From: Tubulanus polymorphus
Lineage: Eukaryota; Animalia; Nemertea
Assembly (NCBI RefSeq): GCF_964204645.1
Contig: NC_134033.1
Span: forward strand, 248,001-312,000
Direction: 5' to 3'
Length of the DNA stretch: 64,000 nucleotides
Positions 30,022-41,710 of this stretch are shown in pieces. Position 1 is the first letter of the stretch, and each line of letters begins with the position of its first letter. The notes beneath the pieces are model-generated. The model saw nothing but the letters and a program-made list of their open reading frames with translations, was not told the DNA's origin and did not search any database. The position numbers and the translations under genes were made by a program.

Positions 30022-30712
30022 ATTATATTCATTCCGTAAAGCCATGAAATATAGAGACTTTTAGCGAGAGACTTATTCAATAATAGAGTCAAATTCTTTT
30101 GAGTCGTAGCTTCTTGAGTCCTAACCTCTTGAGAGTTGTAGCCTCTTTGAGTCCTAGACTTTGAGTCCTAGACTCTTGAGAGTCGTAGCCTCTTTGAGTC
30201 GTAGCCTCTTTTGAGTCCTAGACTCTGAGTCGTAGGTCTCCTACGCTGAATTGTGATATGTATGAAGTTTGTGGGATATATTTGCACCGATAGTCTTGGT
30301 ATATATAGAATATTGTCTATCTCCTGTTGTGAGGTTTATTGAGGGCAATTTCAATGATAGTTGAGTTTAAAGTCTTCACAAGTCGAGAACTAGAACAAAC
30401 AACAGAACAGTTCAACTATTGATTTCATCAATGATTTATTGATTTGAAGTGATTTAAACTTTCAAGGGGAAAGGGGGTTGAGAGTCAGGGGGAGGGGGTT
30501 GAGAGTCAGGGGGAGGGGGTTGAGAGTCAGAGGGGGGATTGCGTTTTAATAGTCTCAGAAACCAGAGTAATCTATTAATGAATTACTTACATGAAGGATT
30601 TTATGTTAAAATAATTGGTGCTATTAAATTGTGTAATCAATGATTTGTATATAGAATTTATATGTATGTATAGTTTAATTGTGTCTCCCTCACTTTATTC
30701 TGCCTCAAGTCG

Positions 30713-31088
30713 CAACCTAGATCCACCCCTCCAGACCCCCTTCACGTAGGACAGACCTGGTTCAACCTAGATCCACCCCTCCAGACCCCCTTCACGTAGG
30801 ACAGACCTGGTTCAACCTAGATCCACCCCTCCAGACCCCCTTCACGTAGGACAGACCTGGTTCAACCTAGATCCACCCCTCCAGACCCCCTTCACGTAGG
30901 ACAGACCTGGTTCAACCTAGATCCACCCCTCCAGACCCCCTTCACGTAGGACAGACCTGGTTCAACCTAGATCCACCCCTCCAGACCCCCTTCACGTAGG
31001 ATGGACCTGGTTCAACCTAGATCCACCCCTCCAGACCCCCTTCACGTAGGATGGACCTGGTTCAACCTAGATCCACCCCTCCAGACCC
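30713..31088. repeat. 50-bp minisatellite, about 7.5 copies
   Basis: CAACCTAGATCCACCCCTCCAGACCCCCTTCACGTAGGACAGACCTGGTT. Confidence 0.95.
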
Positions 31089-32297
31089 TGCTCACTAACT
31101 CAATTTCTAGCTTCTGCTGATTATTTTTAATGGTTGATGAACGCTAAATCATAAATTTTTTTTAATGAAAATATTTTTGAAAAATTTATTGTAAAAATTA
31201 CACAATTTTCTGATGATTTTTTGCTCAATAAAATTCTTATAACAAGTTTATTTTGTACAAAATGAGTTTTAATGTTTGTTTTCTGGCTAAAAGGAACCAG
31301 CCCCCCTCCGTTCATCCAGGCCATACGTAATAGCAGTTTGTAGCAGCAAGGCCATCACTTGTGGTTATAGACTCACAGGGAACTTCACTGCATCAGAAAA
31401 TCTGTTCGTTAAAACCGATAGTTCACTGTGTTTCATCCAGTATGAAAATAATTGAATTATCTTACTTTGGACAAGATTCTATATAAGTTATATCATTTAA
31501 AAGTGATGCAGACAATTCCTCAAAATCGGAAATATTCTCCTGAAAAAATCCTTGAAAAATCCTCCAAGTCTTGAATCGCATTCTGTTGGAATCCTTGTTT
31601 ACGTAGCACAAGTAGGAAGACAAATACTGTACAAATCATTAATACAAAAAACAGATTTCATATCAGTTTGCAAATTTTTTTTTTAATAAATGAAAAAACT
31701 AAATGACTCGTCAGCAAAATAATTATAATTGACTCAGCAGCAAAATTATAATTAATACATTATTATCAAGAATATGCCGGAAGCATAAACATGTGACTAG
31801 CGGTTAAAATAAAAGCATAAATACATTTTATTGAAATGAAAGCATTTTTTGCGCTCTTTTACATTTTGTCGAAAAAGATGATAATTGGTGCATTTCATTG
31901 CGAGATTATGTATAATATTGGACATTATCCTTTTTGGATGTGACATGTTCTTCAAGATTGGCCTCTGGGAACACCCCCCTCCCCTACCGGGCCCTGCGCT
32001 CTCCTCATGGCTATAGATGAGTCCATCCACCCCTGATGGTTTAGCGCCCGAGGGCTGCAGTTGCTGAAAAGTTGGTTAAAGATAACCGGCGGGTAAATAC
32101 CATAGTAACAATGAACTTTGTCACTATGTCAACTATCCACTGTTAACTCTTAAACAACATAAGAGCAACTGCAGCTATTGTAGTTTTATAGAGTGGCTCC
32201 CCCTATCGGGCACATTTTGAAATACAGTAGAAAGCTGATATCTATTATACACACATGTATATATTGTGTTTATTGATTTTTACGGACGAAATTTTAT

Positions 32298-35200
32298 TCA
32301 CTTTTTTTCGTTTTTGCTTCGGTCGATTGTTGAAGACAGTTGCCGCGGCGACGCCGACGAGGTATCGTTAGAATCTGAAGAAACGAACGGTAGAAATCGC
32401 TTGACGAAACACCAGACGATTCCTCCGAGCATCCAACTCATGAGGATAAACACGAGGAATGGACGAGGTAAACTCGAGCCCGGTAACGATCTCTGAAACT
32501 CAACAATCGGTAACGTATCCACGGTTACAGCACGCGGAGGTGGAGCCGGTTCATCCTGGTAGATCTCTTCATTAACACCGTCTGAATTCAGAACCTGAAA
32601 ACGATTCATTACTAGACTAACACTATTTGAAGGATGGATGAGGAAACTAACACTATTTGAAGGACGGATGGTGGCAGAAAGTAACACTATTTGAAGGACG
32701 GATCGATGCTGAAAGTAACACTATTTGAAGGACACACAGATACTGACCTCACGAGCAGCGCGTTCACCGGACTGGATCGCTCCTTCCATTGTACACATCC
32801 ATTCCGTAGCTGTTTCACTGCCGGCAAAATACATCGCACCGTGAGGCTTTCGCAAAAAACTGTCAAATAAATAATACTCTTCAGAACCCTTCTATAGAGA
32901 ATATAGGGAACGCCCCCTAGTGGAGCTATTAGATACTACATACCTGCCATATTTGGTCAAAAAGCCCGGAGGTAACACTGTATTGTATCCACCCGGACTG
33001 TATTTCTCTTTCGCCCAATTCACCTCCATAAAACCAATCGGCTAGAAATCAAATAATAATATATGAGTAGATTTTAGTTGAAGGTGGGAAATATTGTGAA
33101 CCTAACACCCAGTTCCACAGTTCTAGTAATCCACAGTTCTAGTGACCCAGTTCCACAGTTCTAGTAATCCACAGTTCTAGTGACCCAGTTCCACAGTTCT
33201 AGTAATCCACAGTTCTACTGATCCAGTTCTACAGTTTTACGGTTCCACAGTTGTGGGTTTCAGTTGTGTGAAACTTGGTATTGAAGTAAGTTTTATAAGT
33301 ACCTGATTCATGTGTTCACATTGAAATGCGTTTGAGTACTGTTCGGCTAATGCTGATCTCCTGTAACTCACAAAAACAACAATTAAACAGCATTTAAACC
33401 TTTACCATAATACGACAAACAGCTGGAATATGAGTTAACCTTGAACTCAGCACTGAAATGTAGCCTAGTTTAATCCATCAGTAACTCTAATCCTAGCCTT
33501 GAACTCAGTACCCAAATCTAGCCCAGTTTAATCCATCAGTAACTCTAATCCTAGCCTTGAACTCAGTACCCAAATCTAGCCCAGTTTAATATATTAGTTT
33601 CAGTAGAGAAAGAAACAGTAATAATTTGTATCAGAAAACTGTGTTCTTTTATTTCTAGATTAGATTAGATCGTTTTTATTCCCCTGACTTCGATAGTTTA
33701 AGGAGCTTCATACAATATACATTTATATAATATTAAAACTTGCAAAAAGAAATGGATAGAAATAATGAATTTATCTATACTGTAAGGTGCTGCCCCTACA
33801 TAACTAGCGGCAAAAGTGTAAACTAACTCGACAGTCATTCAAAAGATTATGTGAATGATTAAGTGTTGTTCTTCTATACTATCATTGATAGTGCTGCCTC
33901 CTGTGGTGAATAGAGGTGGAATAGGGTGGAATAGAGTGGAATAAGGGTGGAATAGAGTGGAATACCTCTCATCAGGAGTTAGTTCACTGTAGTGTCTGGC
34001 ATCATCTCCTACAATGAATCCAGAAATAGACGGAGTCGTCCTAGTTGTGTCAAATGATGAAACTGCTGGACCTTTATCATCAATCAGTTTACCACTGAAT
34101 CCTGCAAAACAAGAATCCATCTAATCAGGATCCCTACAGATCAGTTAACCACTGAATCCTGCAAAACAAGAATCCATCTAATCAGGATCCTTACAGATCA
34201 GTTAACCACTGAATCCTGCAAAACAAGAATCCATCTAATCAGGATCCTTACAGATCAGTTAACCACTGAATCCTGCAAAACAAGAATCCATCTAATCAGG
34301 ATCCCTACAGATCAGTTAACCACTGAATCCTGCAAAACAAGAATCCATCTAATCAGGATCCCTACAGATCAGTTAACCACTGAATCCTGCAAAACAAGAA
34401 TCCATCTAATCAGGATCCCTACAGATCAGTTAACCACTGAATCCTGCAAAACAAGAATCCATCTAATCAGGATCCCTACAGATCAGTTAACCACTGAATC
34501 CTGCAAAACAAGAATCCATCTAATCAGGATCCCTACAGATCAGTTAACCACTGAATCCTGCAAAACAAGAATCCATCTAATCAGGATCCCTACAGATCAG
34601 TCATATTCCAGAATTCAAGGAGTTTTCAAGAACATTTCAAATTTCAAGGAATAACTTAAAGTAGGCGTAAAACCTAAAACGTTTCTAATTCTCAAAATTC
34701 AAGGAGTTTCGGGAATTTTGCTCAAATTCAAGGATATTCAAGGTAATTGAAAAACATTTATGGTTTAGTTTTCAAGGAATCAAGGAATCGTAGGGATCCT
34801 GAATTGTATGAGTAATTAAATTCTCGAGTAAGACCCGTTAAAACTGACTCCTGCGTTTCATGAAAGTTTAACTAAAATTTTGGGTGTAATTGCTATTGGT
34901 TACTTCACATGTTCTCAACGAGGACAACAATTCAATTAACAAAACTGATTTAAGCTAAAACTTTTTCATGAAACCCTGGAGTAATTAAGGGCGTGTTACG
35001 TACCTTTATCGAGCCAGAACGGTCTATCATAAAACAGAACCGTTTTTATAGCCAGACCTCGAGGAATATTCGTTATAAATTGACATCTTTCGACCGGGAA
35101 TTTCGGAATGTAATGAATATCTTTTTGATTCGTAATCGGTAGAGCATTGATCACATGACTACACTGAAAACATATACAGATTATACATTCACTTGTCTGA

Positions 35201-37830
35201 AACTCTCTCCTCCCCTCCCTCATCCCCCTCCCTCATCCCCCTCTCTCCTCCCCTCCCTCATCCCCCTCCCTCATCCCCCTCTCTCCTCCCCTCCCTCATC
35301 CCCCTCTCTCCTCCCCTCTCTCCTCCCCTCCCTCATCCCCCTCTCTCCTCCCCTCTCTCCTCCCCTCCCTCATCCCCCTCTCTCCTCCCCTCTCTCCTCC
35401 CCTCCCTCATCCCCCTCTCTCCTCCCCTCCCTCATCCCCCTCTCTCCTCCCCTCTCTCCTCCCCTCCCTCATCCCCCTCTCTCCATTTCCCTTATGCTTG
35501 TTAAAATCCAATCAAGAGAAGTTTCACTAAACGACCTTGACATTCATTCTACTCACCGTGAAAATCTCTCCGTCTGCTGCGGTAACCTTGATCTTATCAC
35601 CGGATTGATCGACAGACGCGACCGGTTTCGAGCAGATGACCGATCCATCCAGATATTCCGCCATTTTCTCGCACAGATTTTGACTTCCGCCGACAATTTG
35701 TTTTTCCTGAAATGTAAAAATACAAAATCTAAAACGAAAGTAGTTTAAGGTCAACAGGGAACCCGCAACACCGGCTATTCCACCAGATGGCGTGATAATC
35801 AACTTTAATGTGGTATTTTTAGGCTCCCGAATCCATAAATTTTCACAAGAAGCATAAAAAACTCATCAAATTCATTTCTCTACTCAGCGATTAGTTTCTA
35901 GTTTTCAGTGTAATTATTCAAATCGATCTAAAATTGGACACAAGACCGAGTAACTACTAGCGACACCTGGTGGATCCTTGCCTGCCACAGTAGTATTGGT
36001 GGCTCCCCATTGAGGGAAATTCAAACGATGATTGTATAAGAAATTGAGTGAATTTACCGGGTGACCGCTGGAAGGAGTAATCAATGGACTGATAGCGTGC
36101 TGCGTGTGAACACACAACAGGAAAAACAGTTGAGACATCTCATACGGTTCAACTCCGTAATACATCTTTATTATCATTCGTAGAATCGTCTTCGAAAACC
36201 TGATAAAAAATTGGAAAAACGGAGAATATAAAAATAGACGATGAAAAATTCAGGAGATTCCGAGTTTTCACAATTTCACTTACTCAGAATAGCACAAAGA
36301 ATTCATCAAATCTTCACAATTTTGACGGTCCCACTTTTTAGCGTCCGGGGCCGACCACGGCGCTTTCAATGGCACCTACACATGAATTATGTAAACAACA
36401 AATTTAGTTCAAGTTGTCGAAAGTTTCTTGTGAAGCCATGTTACAAATAGTTATTTGATAGTTACGCCTGCGGTATTTGATAGTTACGCCTGCGGTATTT
36501 GATAGTTACCTGTTGAGCCATGTTACAAATAGTTATTTGATAGTTACGCCTGCGGTATTTGATAGTTACGCCTGCAGTATTTGATAGTTACGCCTGCGGT
36601 ATTTGATAGTTACCTGTTGAGCCATGTTGTCAATAGTTATTTGATAGTTACGCCTGCGGTATTTGATAGTTACGCCTGCGGTATTTGATAGTTACCTGTT
36701 GAGCCATGTTACAAATAGTTATTTGATAGTTACGCCTGCGGTATTTGATAGTTACCTGTTGAGCCATGTTGTCAATAGTTATTTGATAGTTACGCCTGCG
36801 GTATTTGATAGTTACGCCTGCAGTATTTGATAGTTACCTGTTGAGCCATGTTGTCAATAGTTATTTGATAGTTACGCCTGCGGTATTTGATAGTTACCTG
36901 TTGAGCCATGTTGTCAATAGTTATTTGATAGTTACGCCTGCGGTATTTGATAGTTACCTGTTGAGCCATGTTGTCAATAGTTTTAAACGTATTGTTTAAA
37001 TCGAGTTGATCGAATAAACTTTCAGCGGGTAAAATATTATTCTCCACCAAATTCCTTTTACCCTGAAAAATATATCATCACAAATATCTCAATCACTCAA
37101 CAGTAGCATATACAGTGATGTCATAGGCAGAATACTCACCGGTATTTTGAGAGTTATGCGATGATGTCATAGGGGGAATACTCACCAGTATTTTGAGAAT
37201 ATCGATAGATTCATTCATATCAATGAGACTGATATCGAATTCTCGACACAGTCGTGACACACGGTTAAAAGGTGGCGCCACAAATTCCCCTCCGAGATCC
37301 ACACCTCCAAACTCACTCTATAAAACACAGAAAAATACACAGCTTAGTTTTAACCTAGACGCGAGCCCGGTAAACCTAAACCCGGTCCGGTAAATCCAGA
37401 CCAGTTCCAGTAAACCTGGTCCTTGGAACGTCAAATCGTGAGTGCCCCCTAGTGGTTTGATTTAGAACTGACCTGTGCTGTATAAGTTCGGCCCCCAATT
37501 CGATCTCTTGCCTCTAGAACTACGACTGATTTACCGCGATCCCGTAACAGTTTACCAGCGCTTAGACCTGTAAAAACAATTCACAACTATATCCAATCAG
37601 AGAGAGGAACCGATAGGGGGAGGGAGGAGCCGATATGGGGAGGGAGGAGCCGATAGGGGGAGGGAGGAGCCGATAGGGGGAGGGAGGAGCCGATAGGGGG
37701 AGGGGGGTTATTAAATCTTACCGCTCAAACCGGCTCCTATAATCACTACATCAACATCGTTTTTGTATCCGTCTGACGCCTGGTCGCCATTAGCAACATA
37801 ATCATCTAAAGTCACTGTATCAATCTCCAT
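32298..37830 (-). CDS. MAO-like: Flavin-containing amine oxidase (monoamine oxidase A/B-like) with C-terminal TM anchor, about 561 aa, 13 coding exons
   Basis: Exons 37830-37722, 37567-37473, 37317-37186, 37062-36958, 36375-36284, 36199-36058, 35706-35557, 35163-35004, 34101-33966, 33360-33303, 33041-32944, 32859-32748 and 32594-32298 all have GT/AG boundaries and join in phase. Motifs: [80 protein letters not shown]. Putative 5' UTR donor near 38397. Confidence 0.93.
33107..33253. repeat. Intronic tandem repeat of CCCAGTTCCACAGTTCTAG (MITE-terminus derived)
   Basis: Direct inspection. Confidence 0.85.
34085..34600 (-). repeat. 57-bp array, 9 copies, each containing the MAO coding-exon-9 splice acceptor
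   Basis: Acceptor CAG recurs at 34102, 34159 ... 34558. Confidence 0.95.
35203..35484. repeat. C/T-rich low-complexity intronic repeat
   Basis: Direct inspection. Confidence 0.9.
36434..36982 (-). repeat. Composite 21/39/60-bp array containing 7 copies of the MAO coding-exon-4 donor (CAACAG|GTAACT)
   Basis: GTTACCTGTTGAGCCATG recurs 7 times. Confidence 0.92.
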
Positions 37831-39948
37831 GGTTACCGTAGATACAAAACCTAATAAAAGAACGTTAAACAAGATTAGTTTTGTTTTTAAAATGAGATCT
37901 ATTTCAAAAAATTTCAAATGTTCTAAATCAACTGCGAATAATTACCCGATGCTGCCCCCTGTGAGTGATCAGTTTAAAACTGTCTAATTATTCGAATCAA
38001 TCTAAAATTTGTTTCGAATGCAGATTTTGTCGCTTGCTCAGTCTAAAATCCAGGCACTACCGAGTACGACACAACTAGGACAGGGACAGAGCAATTTCTC
38101 TAAAATGTCCTCACATTCAGTGAGAATTTTATGTAGGGAATTTAGGTCAATAATCAACTACCGGTTTTTCATTGTAAACACGATGAATAGCGGGCGCGGG
38201 ACCTGCTGCACTCGTCTCACCAGCTAGTGCCCAGCCCCAGGGCAGGCCCCCGAGAGAGAGGAGCAGGTTGATTATTCCTGTGTATGTCAGCGCGCGTCTA
38301 TTCACTTAAAACCTCCTCTACTGATTGTTTCATCAATCGATACATAATACCAGCACGCATAGAAATTAAATACACGCGTTAAAAACGTTAAACTTACCCG
38401 AAAAAATAGATACTGCCCGACAATAAAATCGTATATTGAATTGAATTGGTGCTGGTGCGGGGAATCCCAAGATATTCAGTTCCGGTTTATGCAGGGACTC
38501 GATCCCCGAGCTCTGAGCTCACGGCGCGCCAGGATCTGGCGCTGCTAATTAACCCTAACCCTAGGGTTAACGTCTGGTCAGGACTCGAACCTGCCAACTC
38601 CGGATCACCAGGATCTGGCGCTGCTAATTAACCCTAGGGTTAACGTTTGGTCGGGACTCGAACCCACCGACTCCAGCTCGCCACGAGGTCCGACTATCCA
38701 TGGCCAATTTCTGGACTAAGAAAAACGTCGGTGGTTTTCCTAGTACAGTAATTAGGAGACTGACACAGTGTAGTGCACCCATCCTCGCTTGCCAGGGTTG
38801 ATTGACCACACACACGCCGCAACGGCTTTACACCCCTTTGCATGAGCTTCGCGACCGCCTGCAAACCCTGGCATGCGAGCAAAGGAGCATGCAGTACGGG
38901 TCTGATTTTCCTTCTCTTTCAAAGAAATTTATATTCAAAAGTCGAGGTTAATTAATCGGGAACTCGTACGTGTAGTCTTGCCACACCCCCCCCCCCCCAA
39001 AAAAAAAAAAATTAAAAAAATTCTGTTAAAGAACAGTCGTTATGTGGTTACTCTACTAAACTACTTAGAAAAAAACCCGATATATTTCAGCGTTTTAAAA
39101 TCAATTCTTGAAGATGTTTATTTAATTTTTCCATTCTCAAATCGTAGTTTTCGGAAAAAGGCTGGAAATTATTTACTTTTATCCAAAATCAGACCTTTTT
39201 ATGAGTGAGATGATTTTTCTCGGTCCTAAAAACATCCGATTTTTTACGCGAGGCGTAGGGCGATGTGATGGGTTTAACGGATGGAATATAATTGAGTCTC
39301 TCTATTCACAGATGATAAAACCCGCAGTATAATTTAGATCAGATGCAAACATATAAATGCAGAAAATAAAGCGATGATTATTAGTCACGAGGATCTATTA
39401 AATTCATTTACATTCACGGATGTCTTTTCAACATTAATTGCCATTGAATATATATTTTTATACAATAGATAATCGTTTTGAATTACATCCGGGTGTTTGA
39501 ATCTTACTATATACACTATATACACTACATCACATCACCCACGCCCCCCTTAGGCCTATCTCATATTAGTTCAATAAATATCCCTACCACAAAATTAGGC
39601 AAAAACATGCACCTACGGGCTAGAATGTAGGAGAGTGGACACCACTCTCGAACATTCTTGTCTCTATAGGCTATAGGCATCCGGGTGTCATTAGTCACAC
39701 ATTCACGATTGATAGAACACAATATCCGCGTTGATGCGATGTAGAAAGAATCCCACAATGATAATGAAAAAGTCCGAAAATGCTAGTTTGTCTCATTACT
39801 TCTGATTTCAATTTGCAATTTATATTTATATTCACTATTGTATCATATAAATACTCTCTGGTTTGCTTCCTTTTAATCTATTTTAGCGTGTAACTGTTTC
39901 TACATTAATTTTCCTTTAGTTTGTATCGTCTCTGATTACTTGAATTAG

Positions 39949-39987
<39 letters not shown>

Positions 39988-40005
39988 TAATTTCTGTTGT
40001 ATTTC

Positions 40006-40537
40006 GGTATTCCTGAAGATGTCTATTAGGATATAGTGGAAACGTTGAATAAACTACACTAGCTCAAGGAATACAGTATTCCTGAAGATGACTATTAGAA
40101 TATAGTCGAAACGTTGAATAAACTACAGTATTCCTGTAGATGACTATTAGAATATAGTCGAATCGTTGAATAGACTACACTAGCTCAAGGAATACAGTAT
40201 TCCTGAAGATGACTATTAGGATATAGTCGAAACGTTGAATAAACTACACTAGCTCAAGGAATACAGTATTCCTGAAGATGACTATTAGGATATAGTCGAA
40301 ACGTTGAATAAACTACACTAGCTCAAGGAATACAGTATTCCTGAAGATGACTATTAGGATATAGTCGAAACGTTGAATAAACTACACTAGCTCAAGGAAT
40401 ACAGTATTCCTGAAGATGACTATTAGGATATAGTGGAAACGTTGAATAAACTACACTAGCTCAAGGAATACAGTATTCCTGAAGATGACTATTAGGATAT
40501 AGTCGAAACGTTGAATAAACTGCACTAGCTCAAGGAA
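40006..40537 (+). ncRNA. Tandem array A of minimal type I hammerhead ribozymes (69-bp unit, 8 units)
   Basis: Each unit reads TATTC (stem I), CTGAAGA core, T, GACTAT/ATAGTC stem II, GAA, ACGT palindromic stem III, T (H17), GAATA (stem I complement), followed by AATAAA. Confidence 0.85.
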
Positions 40538-40637
40538 ACATTTCAGACTCTTTTTATTCTTAGTGTGCAGGGATTTTATATTATCTTTACAACACGGACT
40601 CAGAGTGTTTCATCAATGGTTATAATGAGGACAACAT

Positions 40638-41460
40638 CAGTATTCCTGAAGATGACTATTAGGATAAAGTCGAAACGTTGAATAAACTACACTAGCTCAA
40701 GGAATACAGCATTCCTGAAGATGACTATTAGGATAAAGTCGAAACGTTGAATAAACTACACTAGCTCAAGGAATACAGTATTCCTGAAGATCACTATCGG
40801 ATATAGTCTAAACGTTGAATAAACTACACTAGCTCAAGGAATACAGTATTCCTGAAGATCACTATCGGATATAGTCTAAACGTTGAATAAACTACACTAG
40901 CTCAAGGAATACAGTATTCCTGAAGATGACTATTAGGATAAAGTCGAAACGTTGAATAAATTACACTAGCTCAAGGAATACAGTATTCCTGAAGATGACT
41001 ATTAGGATATAGTCTAAACGTTGAATAAACTACACTAGCTCAAGGAATACAGTATTCCTGAAGATGACTATTAGGATAAAGTCGAAACGTTGAATAAACT
41101 ACACTAGCTCAAGGAATACAGTATTCCTGAAGATGACTATTAGGATATAGTCTAAACGTTGAATAGACTACACTAGCTCAAGGAATACAGTATTCCTGAA
41201 GATGACTATTAGGATAAAGTCGAAACGTTGAATAAACTACACTAGCTCAAGGAATACAGTATTCCTGAAGATGACTATTAGGATAAAGTCGAAACGTTGA
41301 ATAAACTACACTAGCTCGAGGAATACAGTATTCCTGAAGATGACTATTAGGATAAAGTCGAAACGTTGAATAAACTACACTAGCTCAAGGAATACAGTAT
41401 TCCTGAAGATGACTATTAGGATATAGTCTAAACGTTGAATAAACTACACTAGCTCAAGGG
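40638..41460 (+). ncRNA. Tandem array B of minimal type I hammerhead ribozymes (68-69 bp unit, 12 units; 7 with intact core, 5 with G12-to-U)
   Basis: Same motif as array A; variants GATAAAGTCGAAA and GATATAGTCTAAA. Confidence 0.85.
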
Positions 41461-41710
41461 AACATTTCGGATTCTATTTTTCATTTCTATAATTGTCAGA
41501 TTTTCACACGATTTTTAGGTATTTGAGGGACATTTAGGGTATATAAGCTAAATCTTGCGCTGCGGATTGCTGTCTTATTGGGGGCTTTATTTTCAAAAGG
41601 TTTCGGGAAAATTTCGACGTGAACACGTGTGCTCCTTGTGTTCCTGTCTCGATCCGCCCTGCAGTTAAATAGTTTTTCAAATCCAAAATCCCATTTGATT
41701 CCTCCTATAG

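Noticed and set aside
40006-41460. CRISPR array interpretation of the palindromic 69-bp repeats
   Set aside because: There are no unique spacers; the whole unit repeats and fits a hammerhead fold.
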